DNA of 64,000 nt from assembly GCA_051362555.1 (NCBI GenBank), contig CM120643.1:18914848-18978847 (forward strand), written 5' to 3'. Both the position numbers and the translations under genes were made by a program. How positions within the stretch are numbered: position 1 is the first letter of the stretch; every line of letters starts with the position of its first letter. The notes under the pieces are model-generated. The model saw nothing but the letters and a program-made list of their open reading frames with translations. It made no database searches and was not told the DNA's origin. Shown here piece after piece: positions 1 through 57,700 of the stretch. The stretch comes from Lingula anatina (Eukaryota > Animalia > Brachiopoda).

Positions 1-6
1 TTTCAG

Positions 7-703
7 AATAAAAAAGGCCGGTTTAAGGATTTCGCGCCCATCCCTCAATACCGGCCGTTATACTATGTTAGTGCATACACAGCGCAGGAAAAACGAAAGA
101 AGGTAAATGTAGACTTAGACATGATATATTTATACTTATCAATGCGGGGGCTCAACTTAAGATTTGTCAAGAGAAATATAAAGGTGTGACTGCCACTGTA
201 CAACAAAGTTTTTTTAAATCATGTTTTAAACAAAAAATAATGATAATACATTCTTACAAGGTGATTTCCATAAAATCTCCGTGCGACTTACAAAAGTGTT
301 AAGATTTTAAATTATACACTAGAAATGGCTAAATTTTAAACAACCATGCTTTGTTTATGATATCTTTTTAATATTTTAAATAAATGGCCTAAATTTTTTA
401 AATGTTCATTTTCGTCATGAGCATTAAAGCCGATTAAAATTTATGCTTTTGGCAAATGTTATCTTAGGGTTTGGGCATACATGTTTATCTAAAATGCCCC
501 TTCAATAAACTTCAGTTGTACAGATGTAAAAGTTATGCTGAACTCTCATATGTAATTCCAGAGTTGAAATTCTTCAGAAAGGCATGGAGCGACAGCCCTG
601 GGACGGTCTGAGTAACGTTAACTACTCAGTGCTTGACATCAGATTAAATCCCTTGTTCACGCACATGTTGATAGACATAGGGAAAACGCCTGACACGTAC
701 TGA
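7..703 (+). CDS. GT7 beta-1,4-Gal/GalNAc-transferase copy A, last two exons (7-102, 562-703); 5' part lies upstream of the window
   Basis: AG/GT-bounded exons near-identical to the last two exons of copies B and C; translate to [23 protein letters not shown]...R and [24 protein letters not shown]...DIGKTPDTY*; TGA at 701-703. Confidence 0.85.
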
Positions 704-1091
704 TACCAAGCACGCGTTCATCTAGGGATGCAACAATACATATACCAGCATATATTGCTTTACTACTGAAAAGAGCGACAGACAGAAGTCTTGTACCAGG
801 AATGGTAATCTACTAGGAATCATAGTCTGCTTCCCATGTCTTTGTTCCGGTGACATTCTTCTCATATACTAACCCCAATACTCCGACTTACCTTAACCTG
901 TTCTAATTATACGGACTTTATTCATAGGACTACCATTCCTGTTACATCTGTCTTAAAGCCAGCGGTGCTTTATTAATTTGGCATATTTATTGTTTTAATG
1001 AGCAATTTTAAAAAAGGATGTGAATAATAGTTTTTTTCGGCGTAGACACAGAGACACTTGTGATTTAGCGTTACTTTTTACTTCGTGATTT

Positions 1092-1094
<3 letters not shown>

Positions 1095-1148
<54 letters not shown>

Positions 1149-1694
1149 ATAAAATAAAATAAAAAAAAAAAATAAATAAAAACGCAAGTTTTTGTTTCAA
1201 TCACACTGCTTCAAAATGCCCAATGGTCATTCACTGCATTCAGTGACAGAACACAATCTCAATCCTGCAGTAGAGTATACCCATAGTGAGTACTTGAGTG
1301 ATTCCTGACAGTGGGTAGCTTTAGAATTTCAGACATCTCATCTAAACACAAACTGGGACAAAAGTCTAGCATAATTCACAATCAATGCTAGTGGACACTG
1401 GGAAACCGCCAAGAGCACTGGACTGAACTGTCACCACCCGTACCCATAACGCCAGGATAACACAGGCATACCTGCAGCAGTAGCGGACCCAGTCTCTTCT
1501 TTTTAGACCAGACATGTCTGTGTTCCATGCCTGTGATAAAATGGGCAGACGATTTCATAACCACCAGCCACAGCCTACCACCGTCATAGAGTTAAAAGCT
1601 GCACTGGTGGAAGAATGGGGAAAGGTGACTCTCAAAAGCATAAAACCATAGACATATCAGAACTTGCGTTTCTTCTTTTTTTTTTGTTAGTATA
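1095..1694 (+). mobile_element. degenerate Tc1/mariner-like transposon remnant
   Basis: Decayed transposase C-terminal similarity (..[26 protein letters not shown], ~1540-1619); inverted terminal matches AAAACGCAAGTT (~1179-1190) / AACTTGCGTTTT (1661-1672), right end followed by TTTTTGTTAGTATA. Left boundary approximate. Confidence 0.55.
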
Positions 1695-1820
1695 TGCATT
1701 GCATAGTAAAATCAAATTTGTATACCCAGTATCTGATACCGGCATTGCGAAAAGAGTAAACGAAGTTGTCTCATACTGTACAGTTTCAGTGTGCCAAGAT
1801 TGTTTTCTTCTCTATTTCAG

Positions 1821-2181
1821 TCTTCCTTACGGTCCCCTTGTGGGCGGCGTATTGATGTTTACTCCCCAGGACTTCCAGGCTGTCAATGGTTATTCCAACG
1901 CCTACTGGGGCTGGGGAGCGGAGGATGATGATATGGGTTATAGGTAACCAGCGTCTGAACCCTTTTTATCCTAAAGTCATGTGTAGGGCGACATTTGGGT
2001 GGGGTGGTGGTTGACCTTTTTCTTTTTCAATCATATCAGTCATAGCACACAAAGCATTATGAGCTAACCCCCCCTCGCTATTTTTTCTGAATGGTCATCT
2101 CTTCCCCCCCCCCCCCACACACACAACACACACATAAACTCGCTTCCTGCAAACTGTTACTCTTACATGTAGGAGTTGGAG

Positions 2182-2217
<36 letters not shown>

Positions 2218-3023
2218 GTTTGTTTTTCATTGACTTACATTTCTGTTACAATTTCAGAATAAACAAGGCCGGTTTAAGGATTTCCCGCCCATCTCTCAAT
2301 ACCGGCCGTTATACTATGTTAGTGCATAAACAGCGCAGGAAAAACGAAAGAAGGTAAATGTAGAATTAGACATGATATATTAAAACTTATAAATTCGGGG
2401 GCTCAACTTAAGATTTGTCAAGAGAAATATAGAGGTGTGACTGCCACTGTACAACTTTTTTGATTTTTACAATCATCAGCGGGTTTAGTGACAGTTTTTT
2501 TAAAATCAGATTTTAAACAAAAAGTAATGATAACTCATGTAACAATAATACATTCTTACAAGGCAATTGCCATAAAATCTCCTTGCGACTTACCAAGCTG
2601 TTTAGATTAAAATAATACTGGCGTTAAAATATACATTAGAATGGCTAAATTTTAAACAACCATGCTTTATTTTTAATATGTTTATAATATTTTTAATTAA
2701 TGACCTGATTTTTTTAATGTTCACTTTCATCATGTACATTAAAGGTGATTAAAAATATATGCTTTTCGCAAATGTTATCTTAGGTTTTTGGCAAATATCT
2801 AAAATGCTCCTTCAATTTACTTCAGCTGTGCAGATGTAAAAGTTATACTGATCTTCACGAATTCTCATATGTATTTTCCAGAGTTGAAATCCTCAATAAA
2901 GGCATGGAGCGACAGCCCTGGGACGGTCTGAGTAACGTTAACTACTCAGTGCTTGACATCAGATTAAAGCCCCTGTTCACGCACATGTTGATAGACATAG
3001 GGAAAACGCCTGACACGTACTGA
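1821..3023 (+). pseudogene. GT7 transferase copy B: partial tandem duplicate with only the last three exons (1821-1943, 2258-2353, 2882-3023)
   Basis: [13 protein letters not shown]...[20 protein letters not shown] motif with intact splice sites and frame, but no TM, PFRDR or DVD exons between copy A's stop (703) and 1821. Could alternatively be an alternative 3' cassette of copy A. Confidence 0.7.
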
Positions 3024-5512
3024 TACCAAACACGCGTTCATCTAGGGATGCAACAATACATATACGCGCATATATTGCTTAACTACTAAAAGAGCGACAG
3101 ACAGAGGTCTTGTACCAGGAATGGTAATCTGCTAAGAACCATAGTCTGCTTCCCATGGCTTTGTTCCGGTGACATTCTTCTCATATACTAACCCCAATAC
3201 TCCGACTTACCTTAACCTGTTCTAATTATATGGGACCCCGGACTGCATTCCTAGGACTACCATTCCTGTTACATCTGTCTTAAAGCCAGTGGTGCTTTAT
3301 TAATTTGGCATATTTATTGCTTCAATGAGCAATTAAAAAAATGATGTGAATAATAGTTTTTTTACGGCGTAGACACAGAGACATTTGTGATTTAGCGTTA
3401 CTTTTTGCTTCGTGACTTTGGATAACGTTGTTACGATGTACGATTCAAGGCGGTGTGTGAAAGTGGCAATGTTTGTGAGGGACGTCGAAAAGATGAACAT
3501 AGTTTTTTTTAGCGCGGGACAAGCGTTTATTCTGATGAAAAATTCACATCCAATTTCTGTTTTCAAAAGAATTTTTGAATTACGTTTTTTTATGTGTATA
3601 TACAGGTATATGTATCTTCTAAAGATAAAACTATAATGCCTGTAATTTTTTTTAATTACGCAGAAGCTATACAGAATATTGGGTGCCTATATATGCTTAA
3701 AAGCATTCTTTTTGTTTACTTTTTTCATAATAATCATATTAAGAATATGCTGAACTTTTGGTCTTTTTGTTTATAACAGGTAGCTCAAAAAGAACAATAA
3801 CTTCAACGATTTGAAGGTATTGCAATGAAATTTCGGATGACTGTGAAGTTATTTAACTTTGAAATTAGTTACGTTTTTTCTTCTTTTATTTTTGAGCCCA
3901 TATCATGCATTGTATAATTTTATTCATTATCCCGCCAATCTTCAAGTAAGAAATAAGAAGATAAGAAAACAAACACTGAATGTAGACAGTGTACGTGAAT
4001 GTATGCTTTGTTTATTCGTACCTTGTCGCGTTTTTATTCGCTACTGGCACTCCTACCTTTTCATTGTATTGTAGTCTTAAGCCGAATGACCTAAAATACG
4101 GTGAAAACCCCCTTCGTCCCAGCTTCGGATCAGTCTGGTTCACGCGTTCAACCAATTAAAGAGATGACCTCATCCAAAGTCAGTATTTCATAACTTGTTC
4201 CTCAAGGCGCAAAGACAATTTCTAAATTCATATATATTATACGTTGTAGAAAACCTCTTTTTTTTTTTATTAATTTAGACCATGATACCTAAGGTTGTTC
4301 AAAACGTAATATCTATAGGAGAATACATATTCAAATATAGGGCTTTCTGCTTTCAAGCTTTTTCATCACTAGAAGAATTATTTCCAGCAAGTTCCTCAAT
4401 GGCGTTTAAAATCATTTTCAGAATTAAGTAGCTTCGTTATTGTGCTGAGAGATGTCAATAAAGTTTGTTTGTTTGTCCTTAAGGATCGAAGTATTATGTT
4501 ACTTGTAAGGTGGGGGTTTGATTTTACTCTATTTTGATTCTACATTTCTTCCAGGAATAGTGTTCAGGATACAAAGTTTATGGGTGGGCAAATAATCTTG
4601 TGCTCGTAGTTGATGTCACTATGTCACCTGACGAATATCAATGCTCATCAATGCACTCTCTCTCTCTCTCCGGCTGCCTCCATGGCCATCCAGTTGTCTG
4701 TCAGTAGTGTCATTTGTCTGCCTTAGTGTCGTTTGTCGGGTTTGTCTGGTTCTGTGCCTGTAGTCTCAAATCTCGTCCTTTGAAGTTGCGCAGTATTGAC
4801 GTAATAAAGACCTACCTGTGAAAAAGTTTCGAGGTCAGGTGTCCCATTACTAACAAACAGGGCGTTTATATGCGGGAGTGGTTATTGTATAGCTGGAATA
4901 AAAAGACTAAAAATTGAGTCGATACAAAAAGAACTTCAATTGCCGATTATATAATACAAAGAGCAACGGAGGAAACGAAGTTATGCTAGGACATGGGTAT
5001 GTATAATCTCGATGGAAGGTTTAAAACACAGAATTGAATGAGGCTTACCTACAGGACAGTGTACAGTGGTAATACCCGAAGGTACCTACTACTACAGTAG
5101 TGAATCTGTCGCATGTAAGGTCCAAAACTGAAACAGCTGTGCCTCACACTTTCAGCACTTTGAACTGTGCCTTGGATCATTGTTTTTTCACAGGCCCATC
5201 CGATCTTTGATCAGTAACAAATAAGTACGCAGATTGTGAGATAAAATTTCGAGAACAAAAAGGACTCATACCCGCCAAGGAAGTAAATGCTAGTATCTAT
5301 TCACTTATGATCCAAGTACCTAACAAGTCCGCAAACGCAGATTTTGAGTTTCGGATCGAGTGGCTCACAGCAACTGTTGGTGACAGTCATGATCCTGGAC
5401 AGTCTTGATGGTATCATTTCATTCGTGATCTCACACTAACAGGGCCATTCCTTTTAAAACTAGAGCGATTGTCCCTGAATTATCAGCGTATTACTGACCG
5501 GGAAACCCGCTA

Positions 5513-5779
5513 ATGGCCAGAAGAGCTGGGAAACCAAGGCTGGTCGTGAAGATTTCTATCCTGATTGTTTTGCTTCAGACTGGATTTGTTTTGATTTTAC
5601 GATCGTCAGAGAGCTCGTTGAGGATAAGTGACTCAGTTAAAACCATTGGAGAAGGTCAACGTAAAATAAAAGTGGACAATGGTTTAGCTGCTACAGGTGA
5701 TCGTAATGTGTCTAAAAAGATATTACGTCTGTGTGATAAAGACGTAAGTCGGTCTGGTAAGTGTAACATGTTTTTATTA

Positions 5780-5816
<37 letters not shown>

Positions 5817-8800
5817 CTTATTTTCATTTTGGTCCATATTTGGAATGATCACGTGACTAGAATAAAAAGGGATAGAATTGAAAAAAGGTAAAGAGATGGC
5901 TAAATAAATTTTGTTTACTTTCGTTCGTCCTTTCCTTTATGTAATTTATTTTGTGTGTCTGTACGAGCGTGTGTGTTTGTGTGTGTGTGTGTGTGTGTTT
6001 AAACAATACTCTAAGTCTCACTTCAAAGTTCGCTAATATTTCACCCCACTAGGATTTTTTTTAGATTAGATTAGATTAGATTAGCGTTGATTTCCGATTC
6101 AGGTTCCTACTGGATCCTCTTTATCGGACTCTTCCTCCAAAACTAACTTGTGACTTCCGATGATGTTAATTTCGGACCTATAATTGTCATATTTGAGTTC
6201 CTGGTCATCCCACCGCTTGTCTAATCTGTTCTTAAAAGAGTTGAGGCTTTTTGCCCTGACAGCTTGATCGGGTAGGCTATTCAATATAAGTGTTGTACGC
6301 ACAGTAAGGCTGTATTTTCTCAAATCTAATTTGGCTCTTTGAGGGAATAGCTTGAAACAATTTCCTCTATTACCAGACCTATGTGATTGACTTGACTATA
6401 ATTTAATAAAGTCTCTAGTTGATTTGTCGTATATCCTAGTGACTAGTTTGTACATCTCAATCATGCCCCCTCTCACCCTCCTATAGCTAAGTGTTGGTAA
6501 CTCTGGTAGCTAAGTTTACGTAACCTTTCTGGGTAACTAAGGTTATTCATACCCGGTAGCTGTTTTGTAGCCCTACGCTGCACTCCCTCAATTTGATCAA
6601 TGAATTTGCTCTTGTGTGGTGCCCACGCTGAGCTAGCATAATTCAGGTGAGTACGTACTAGTGATTTGTAGAGAGGTAGGAATGTCTTAGAGTCCAAATG
6701 TTGAAATATTCTTATGATAATTGCGAACATAGACATTTTGACATTGATCATAATGGCAGTTGCAGTTAAGTCTTAGTCTGATAAAAATATATAATCAAAA
6801 TGCGACATATGGGCGACTAGAAAGCGTTTCCACATGTGTGACACGTATTTGAATACTTCGGTCGGTTAATGCATGGATTACACCTGTTGTATAAAATAAG
6901 GTTTGGGCGATTAATGTGCGCACGGTACTATGTTTGAAGTCTAGACTGCAGAATACATGTACGTAATCGTATGCTTAACCGCGAGAGATATTCTCATATG
7001 GATTAAACAATCAGAAAATGACAGAATCAAGCAGTTTATAGGCACAGGTAGAAGATCTATAGTTTTTCTCCTAATTTGGTTTAGAATTGCCCTGAATAGG
7101 CGGCTCAGCGTCTTCGTGATTAATATTTTTGGTCTGTGCACCTGGGCTAAAATGAAGAACCTGGCCCGTGTATACGACCTGAAACTAAGGTCAATATTTG
7201 AGGTAGAAATTTAATTAAAAAAGACAATTCATCGTTTTCAGTTGGAAACACTGGAGTTACGAAGAATTTTACTATAAGCCTCCAAGAAGTCTCTCAGAAG
7301 CTGCAAGGCATCGGTCCAGGTGGAAAATGGAACCCACGTAACTGCCTCGCGAGAAATAGCGTCACCATAGTAGTGCCATTCAGGGATAGATGGGGCCACC
7401 TGGCGGTGTTTTTAAATTTTATGCATCCTTTTCTACAGAGGCAACTTTTAAAGTATAGGATTTTAGTTGTTGAACAGGTACCAGTATACATGTACCTTAC
7501 AGACATATATACTGACCCAGTAGTTGTGAAGGCAGCATTTCTGATCATATGAAAATTAAAATAATTTTGCATCTCTGATTAACAATTTTAAAATGTTTCC
7601 CCCAAATACTTCCCTTAAGATAGATATTCGACTTACTAGATAATATTTTTGAATTTTCAGATATGATATAGATAGTTAATGCTCAATAACAAGTCAGCAA
7701 TTGTGCCCTTTCCCCCACCCTGAGTTTAAGAAAACATAATAATAAGATTATGTCGTGATCCTAGAGACAACAGTTTCCAGTCTTATCAGGTTATTTTCCT
7801 TTGAAACCCAGGATACCTTCCCTTGACGTCAACATGAAATCATATAGTTCCTTGTTCCGAGGAATAAATATATGATCTTTTTATCCATTAATTGTGATAT
7901 TTCTTATAATGAGTCTGCTGGTGCATTACAATAATGGGCATGCGACCCATTTTTGTAATGTGCTTCATGTTTCAGATTGGAATTGGAGTGTACAACAAGG
8001 CGATGTTAATGAACGCAGCCTTTTTAGAAACAAGACAGCATTTCCCCACGGATTGTATTATATTCCACGACGTAGATCTCATTCCGGAACTTAACAACAA
8101 TTCCTACGCATGCGCCAAAGGGCCAAGACACTTGGCACCAGCTGTGGATGAATTAGGCTACCAGTAAGATTACAGCAACGCTGTATGTTCTTCTGTCTTA
8201 TAAATGTTTTTTAGACAAGGGCTGTAAATTGATTTGGTTCTGCTTGTACATATATTTTTGCAAGACTTACAGACATGACATACTGTACAATGTGCGTATC
8301 AGACCTTCATACCATTGTAACATATTTGAGAAAATAGATAAAAAACATAATTTTTCTCTTTACATTTGCATTCCTATTGCATTCTAGCGCACCACTATAT
8401 GGTGCAATGTTCATCGTTTTTTCGTTTGAAAGCATGCTCCGACAAATCAAAAATTTCCTTCTAACAAAATATTTTATTCTATTTAAAGACGATAAAATGT
8501 ATGTATTGCATAGTTATATCATAGATTTAAATCTAAAGCTGGCATTACGAGAATAGTAAATGAAGTTGTTGTCTCATAATATGCAATTTCAATGTTGTTT
8601 TTCTCTATTTCAGTCTTCTTTACGGTCGCTTAGTGGGCGGTGTATTGATGTTTACTCCCCAGGACTTCCAGGCTGTCAATGGTTATTCCAACGCTTACTG
8701 GGGCTGGGGAGCAGAAGATGATGATATGGGTTATAGGTGACCAACTTCTGAACTCTTTTTATCCTAAAATCATGTGTAGTAGCCGATTTGATGGGTGGGG

Positions 8801-9775
8801 TGGCGGTTAGTCTCTACACTTTTTCAATCATATCAGTCATAAGTGCAGAAAGCAGTATGATCTAACCCCTTTCGCTATCTTTTCTGAATGCCCCCCCCCC
8901 ACAAACTTTAAACCTTTATTTTTACATATAGGAATTAGAGAAACTCTCTCTCTATCTTTCCTGCTCCCTCGCTCTCTCTCTCGCATTCGTGAAAATTATT
9001 CGTGTTTCTATACGAGCTTTTTTGACTCACATATTTCTTTCAATTTCAGAATAAAAAAGGCCGGTTTAACGCTTTCCCGCCCATCTCTCAACACTGGCCG
9101 TTATACTATGTTAGTGCATAAACATCGCAGGAAAAACACGAGAAGGTAAGTGTGGACATGGTATATTAATACTTAGAAATTGGGGCTCAACTTAAGATTT
9201 GTCATGAGAAATAAAGAGGTGTGACTGCCACTGTACAACATTTCCGATTTTAACAATTATCAGTGGGCTTAGTGAACGTTTTAAAAAAATTTAAACAAAC
9301 AATGGTAACTCATGCAATAATAATAATACATTCTGACAAGATGCTTTCCATTAAATCCGTGCGTCTTACAATTGTTTAGGTACATAATACTGACTTACAA
9401 ATACACACTAAAATGGCTACATTTTTAACAACCATTAAAATACATGTTCTTTGTTTATAATTTGTTCATATATTTTTTATAAATTAATGGCCTGGATTTT
9501 TTTGGCACCTTTCTATTTGCAATTCGTATCATAGGTTTTGGGCATACATCTGAAATTCCCCATTCAATTAACTTAAGCTGCGCAGATGTAAAAGTCATAC
9601 TGAACTTCACGAATTATCATATGTTTATTCTAGATTTGAAATCCTTGATAAAGGCATGCAGCGACAGCCCTGGGACGGTCTGAGTAACGTTAACTACTCA
9701 GTGCTTGGAATAAGATTAAAGCCCCTGTTCACGCACATGTTGATAGACATAGGGAAAACGCCTGACACGTTCTGA
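5513..9775 (+). CDS. beta-1,4-N-acetylgalactosaminyl/[21 protein letters not shown] (GT7, bre-4-like) copy C, complete; exons 5513-5756, 7242-7477, 7976-8163, 8614-8736, 9050-9145, 9634-9775
   Basis: Type II signal anchor ([16 protein letters not shown]), [31 protein letters not shown] (DxD), [13 protein letters not shown]; all junctions GT-AG and phase-compatible. Confidence 0.92.
6061..6751 (-). mobile_element. 5'-truncated CR1-like LINE fragment in intron 1 of copy C
   Basis: Minus-strand ORF pieces [48 protein letters not shown] and [12 protein letters not shown] are typical of the CR1-clade RT C-terminus; (CTAAT)n 3' tail at 6061-6084; frameshifted. Confidence 0.85.
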
Positions 9776-10860
9776 GACCAAGCATGCGTTCATCCAGAGA
9801 TGCAACAATGAATGTCACTGAGAGACCATTAAAGGATTACGCGGTCTCCCTTTCATGTAGGTCCCCCATATTTAGGTCTCTTGCTTTACTCCTAAAAAGC
9901 GACAGACAGAGGCTGTGTAACAGGTATAGTGGTCTGCTAGAAATCACAGTCCGTTGCTTTTTGACTTTGGATAACGTCGTCATCATGTACGATGCAAAGT
10001 GCTATGTGAAAGTGTCAATGTTTTTGAGAGACGTCGAAAAGATGAACATAGTTTTATAGCGTGGGACAAACGTTTATTCTGATGAAGAATTCACATCGGG
10101 TTTCTGTTTTCAAAAGAATTTTTGAATTTACGTTGTTATTTTGTGTGTATACAGGTATCTTCTAAAGATATATGCCTGTAATGTTTTTTTAATTGCGAAG
10201 AAGCTATTCAGAATATTTGGCGCCGATTTTTTTTTGTATGACGCTTATATTGATATAATAAACAAACACAGAATGAGTTTGTCATGAGTCTGAATCTATT
10301 TCCTCTGACTGTAAATAGTTCTATCGTTTTATGGCCACGATAAAAGTAAGAGGATTTAATCCAAAGATTTAATCGTGTGTGGTCTTCGTGACTCGAATGT
10401 TTAACTCCACAAACCTGATTGTTATCCTAGGAATTCATGTTCGCATTACCACTTTTCAAAGGTTAGTGTCAAGGCCCAATTCCATCAATAATTTTTTAAA
10501 TCAAAATGCACAACTCTTGTAACTGAATGATGTAAGTAAAACATGCAAGAATGCACTACATATTTTATTGAAAAAGAAACAACAAATGACCCGTCTAATA
10601 CTTTCATCTAGAATCAAAAGGCCAGTCAAGCTGCAAATGCAGTTCTGGTAATGAATCATTACACAGTCATATAGGCTAGCACTAAGATATATAAGTTGTT
10701 TTCCAATCATGAACCGAATGTGCGGCAAGCTTCTATTTTCCATAACAAATACTCCAGATATAATATCTATTTCAAAACTTATAAGTCATCTGTGTCTAAA
10801 CACTGATTTTTTTAGAATGCTAGATTCACTATGAAGAATCCATGTGTGTAGTGCTCCTTC

Positions 10861-54190
<43,330 letters not shown>

Positions 54191-54782
54191 GACTATTTTC
54201 AGTCTTCAAGAAAGCAGAAAAGATATCGACACATATATACCGATGGTTTCTTTACCCTAAACGAGATAAGATGAGCTCGTGTCGCGACGCGATTCTGAGA
54301 CCAAGCAAACAAATCTGCAAATAAATATAGGCCCAGATCTGCGCTTTTAAAAAGGAAAACGCGTGCTCCCCCGGGGACGGGAGTGACCCAAGGGTAAAGT
54401 CAAGGCTAAAAGTAGGGCAAGATAAAAGATAGATGTGCTTTCTAGAAAGTTAAATTCACGGTCCTAGCTTTGCATATACAAATACAGCAGCTGTGTACAC
54501 TGTGGTTTAAGTGAGAGTTTTAAGTGAGGGACAGTATCCTTTTGAGATTTTTTAGGAAAGCACGTGACGTATGTCGGTCTGTATTCTTTGCAATTTGAAA
54601 TATTTTTCTTCCCCAACTTTTCAGTTACTTTGTAGAGCTCACAGTTGGAATTGGGTTTAGGAAAAACTCAGCCATGTGTAATTCTGACATATCTCTCAAA
54701 CGGGTTAGACATATAAATAGCAAAAATATGATATTTAATATTATATATATAATTTGACTTTTAAAAATTACACGTTCAGTAC

Positions 54783-57700
54783 GACTGATACACCATCAAA
54801 TAAAAATGTTTGCCTTTCTTTACATAAAAAGAGAAATATAAAGTGATAGAAAATTGAAAAGAAATAGCAAAGTATTATTAAGTGGTATAATTTTATTGGA
54901 TTTTGTATCAATGTCATATGTTAATTGTTTGTAAAGCAATTTTTAAAAATCTCTGTTCCACCGGGTTTGCGGATGCCTGAAGAACTGATTTTGACCCACC
55001 CTCACGAATATCTAATACATGTAAAAGGAAATGCCCAAACATCTAAATTTCACCAATACTGATGTATGAATTTGACGTTGGCTTAAAATGTAACCAAAGC
55101 CTTGATTTTAAAGCCCGGTAAACTAAGAGTTTTGATGAAATGCCAGTGCTCATCGTACACACACTTCAGATTAAGAATTGACAAAAACTGAATGTTGAAT
55201 TGAGGTCAAGAAAGAGAAACCAGACCTTGAAGTTTGCGTTTTCTCTCGCAAACGAACGATTGCGCCGAGCTACAATCCCTGTCATTCCAGCTTCCACCTT
55301 GAAGGATCTCTGCGCAGTCCTCGTTGTTGTTTAGGTCATTTGGTTCAGGGGCACTCCAACCTGAAGTAGAAAGAAGTAAAATGAAAAGGAGTGTACTGGC
55401 ATTGAATTTTGATGGCAATGAAGTTTGACAATGAAGTTTTTGTAGCACAAAGGGGAAATTCATTATACTAGTAGACTGTTGTACATTCAGCGATAAATGT
55501 CCCTATACCAAATCCTTTTTATTTCCGTCAGCAAATGCTTTTGTATAACAGGGCATCGCATAAGCTACAGCAATCGTTGACATACGAAGAAACCAAGGAA
55601 AGGTTAAAGACGAAATTAATGTTATCTATACTATTACGCAATATCTATCAAAGTAGCTTACCTGTGAAAGCAACTGGGTCACCTTTGACTGTGATCCAAG
55701 TCCCCTCGGCCCTAATGTCGCTGATCCCTATCCAAAGATTGCTGACGTCCTTGTTTCTGATGGACACGATGAAATCGTTCTCGCCTTGGTTCTCAACAAT
55801 GGCGAGATCGCCGCCTGCTTTACTGCAGTGTTGTAATGCGCTCTGCCATGGTTTTCGATCTTTTACGATCAAAAACTGTTTGTCTTTGTACGTCTGCCAG
55901 GAATCTGGATTAACAATACATGGGAATTCAGTATTATAGTTTTTTTTTTTTTGTCAGAAGAGAGGAGGTGCTAATTTAGAAGTAGGGCATGTGTACATAT
56001 GAAAAATAACATGACAGTGAAAAACTGTAGTACATTTGAACTTAATGACTAGTTGTCTCTTATATTTCATGTATTAAAAAAAACATCAGTTATCCATACG
56101 TGAATCTACTAATGTAAAACCAAAAGTTTACTATTAGGTGAACTGTGAACAATTATAACCTGACAGTTTTGGCACAATTTACACCCAACTTAAGAAATTA
56201 TCTACCATCTTTTTCAAAAAGAAGACTGAAACTGAGAAAGGAAAAGATGAAACATAATTTGGAGGAGCAATCTGGACCAAGCCTTGAAATCCAGCCCTAG
56301 CCATTTGCAACCACCTAATTAATTCACATGCTAGAATAGTATACGTGGTAAAAAAAGCATTAAAATTCGTTACAACAATGACAAATATATAAAAAATCAA
56401 CTTTTGTAAATAGGTAAGTCCAATTCGATATCTGCAATATATATCTGCAATATTTCCAGCGGTGTATGTATCTGTTTAACTTTAAGAGACAGCTACCTGT
56501 ATCAACTGTGCAAATTATAGAAATCACACTTCATGTTTGTAGACAGATCGATCATATTTGTAACTTAAGGAAAATCAGTTGTTTTACCAAAAATCCGCCA
56601 AATAATGAAGGTTACTCTCGGCAGTGGCGGCGGAAGTGGCGTTGTGTGTATTTGTGTGTATGTGAAAGGGGGGGGGGTGTTGTTCAGCAATTTTACCCTT
56701 AATCTTATCTGGGCACACACAAAGATGACACTGGGTTGATTAAATACTACAGGGACATTGTGGAATGGCGCTCGTGCTTGGCATCCTAATGAAATGTTCA
56801 TATCAATCGCGAAATTTGATAAGAGACATTAATCAAATGCCTACATGAGTGAATCTGTTTAACGTAATTAATATAATCCGTGCTTTTCTTCTTCGTATGC
56901 TGGGAAATATTGTAGAAGGAAAGGGGGTCTTCTTAGCAGGGCCGAATATAGTTCCTTAGGGTAGCGTTATGCCAAGGATTAACGGAAAGAACGGCTAATT
57001 TTAGCGTTCTGATATTAATTTTAAAAGGGACTGCTATCGCCACGATTGGGATATTCTATCTACTGGTAAACAGAAATCATATAAGTGCGTCTATTATGAC
57101 TTCCACTCCACTTAAAGATTATTTGCAGTCAAACAGAACACCAAGGTATTGCTTGCTGAGTAAGGCCTTCACCCTACCGCGGGTGTGTGGCACTAGAAAC
57201 TTTTTTCTTACTTTAAAACGAATCACATATAAAATAATTACATCCTGCTGTGTATTTTTTTCAAATAACTAACGCGCAGATACATTGGGTAGGAAAACAG
57301 TGAATGAAATAAATGAAAATGGTTTAGAAAAAGTGATAGATAATTTAAAAAAAATGAAAAAGGCGTCACTTACCTTGGGTTCGTGCGTCTTGAACAACAA
57401 AGACAAGCAAAAAGAGCTTCAAGATAGCCCAATTGTCCGGCATGACTATTTTCTGTCTTCAAGAAGGCAGAAAGATGTGGACAGACATATACCGATGTTT
57501 TTTTTTACTCTGATCCAGATAAGATAACCTCGTGTCTTGACGTGATTCTGAGACCGAGAAAATAAATTTGACTAAGCCCAGACCTGTGTTTTTTAAACTA
57601 AAAAACACGTGCTCCCAAGGGGACGGGAAGGACCCAAGGGTAAAGCCAAGGTTAAAAGTGGGGCAAGATAAAAGATAAATATGCTTTCTAAAGACTTAAA

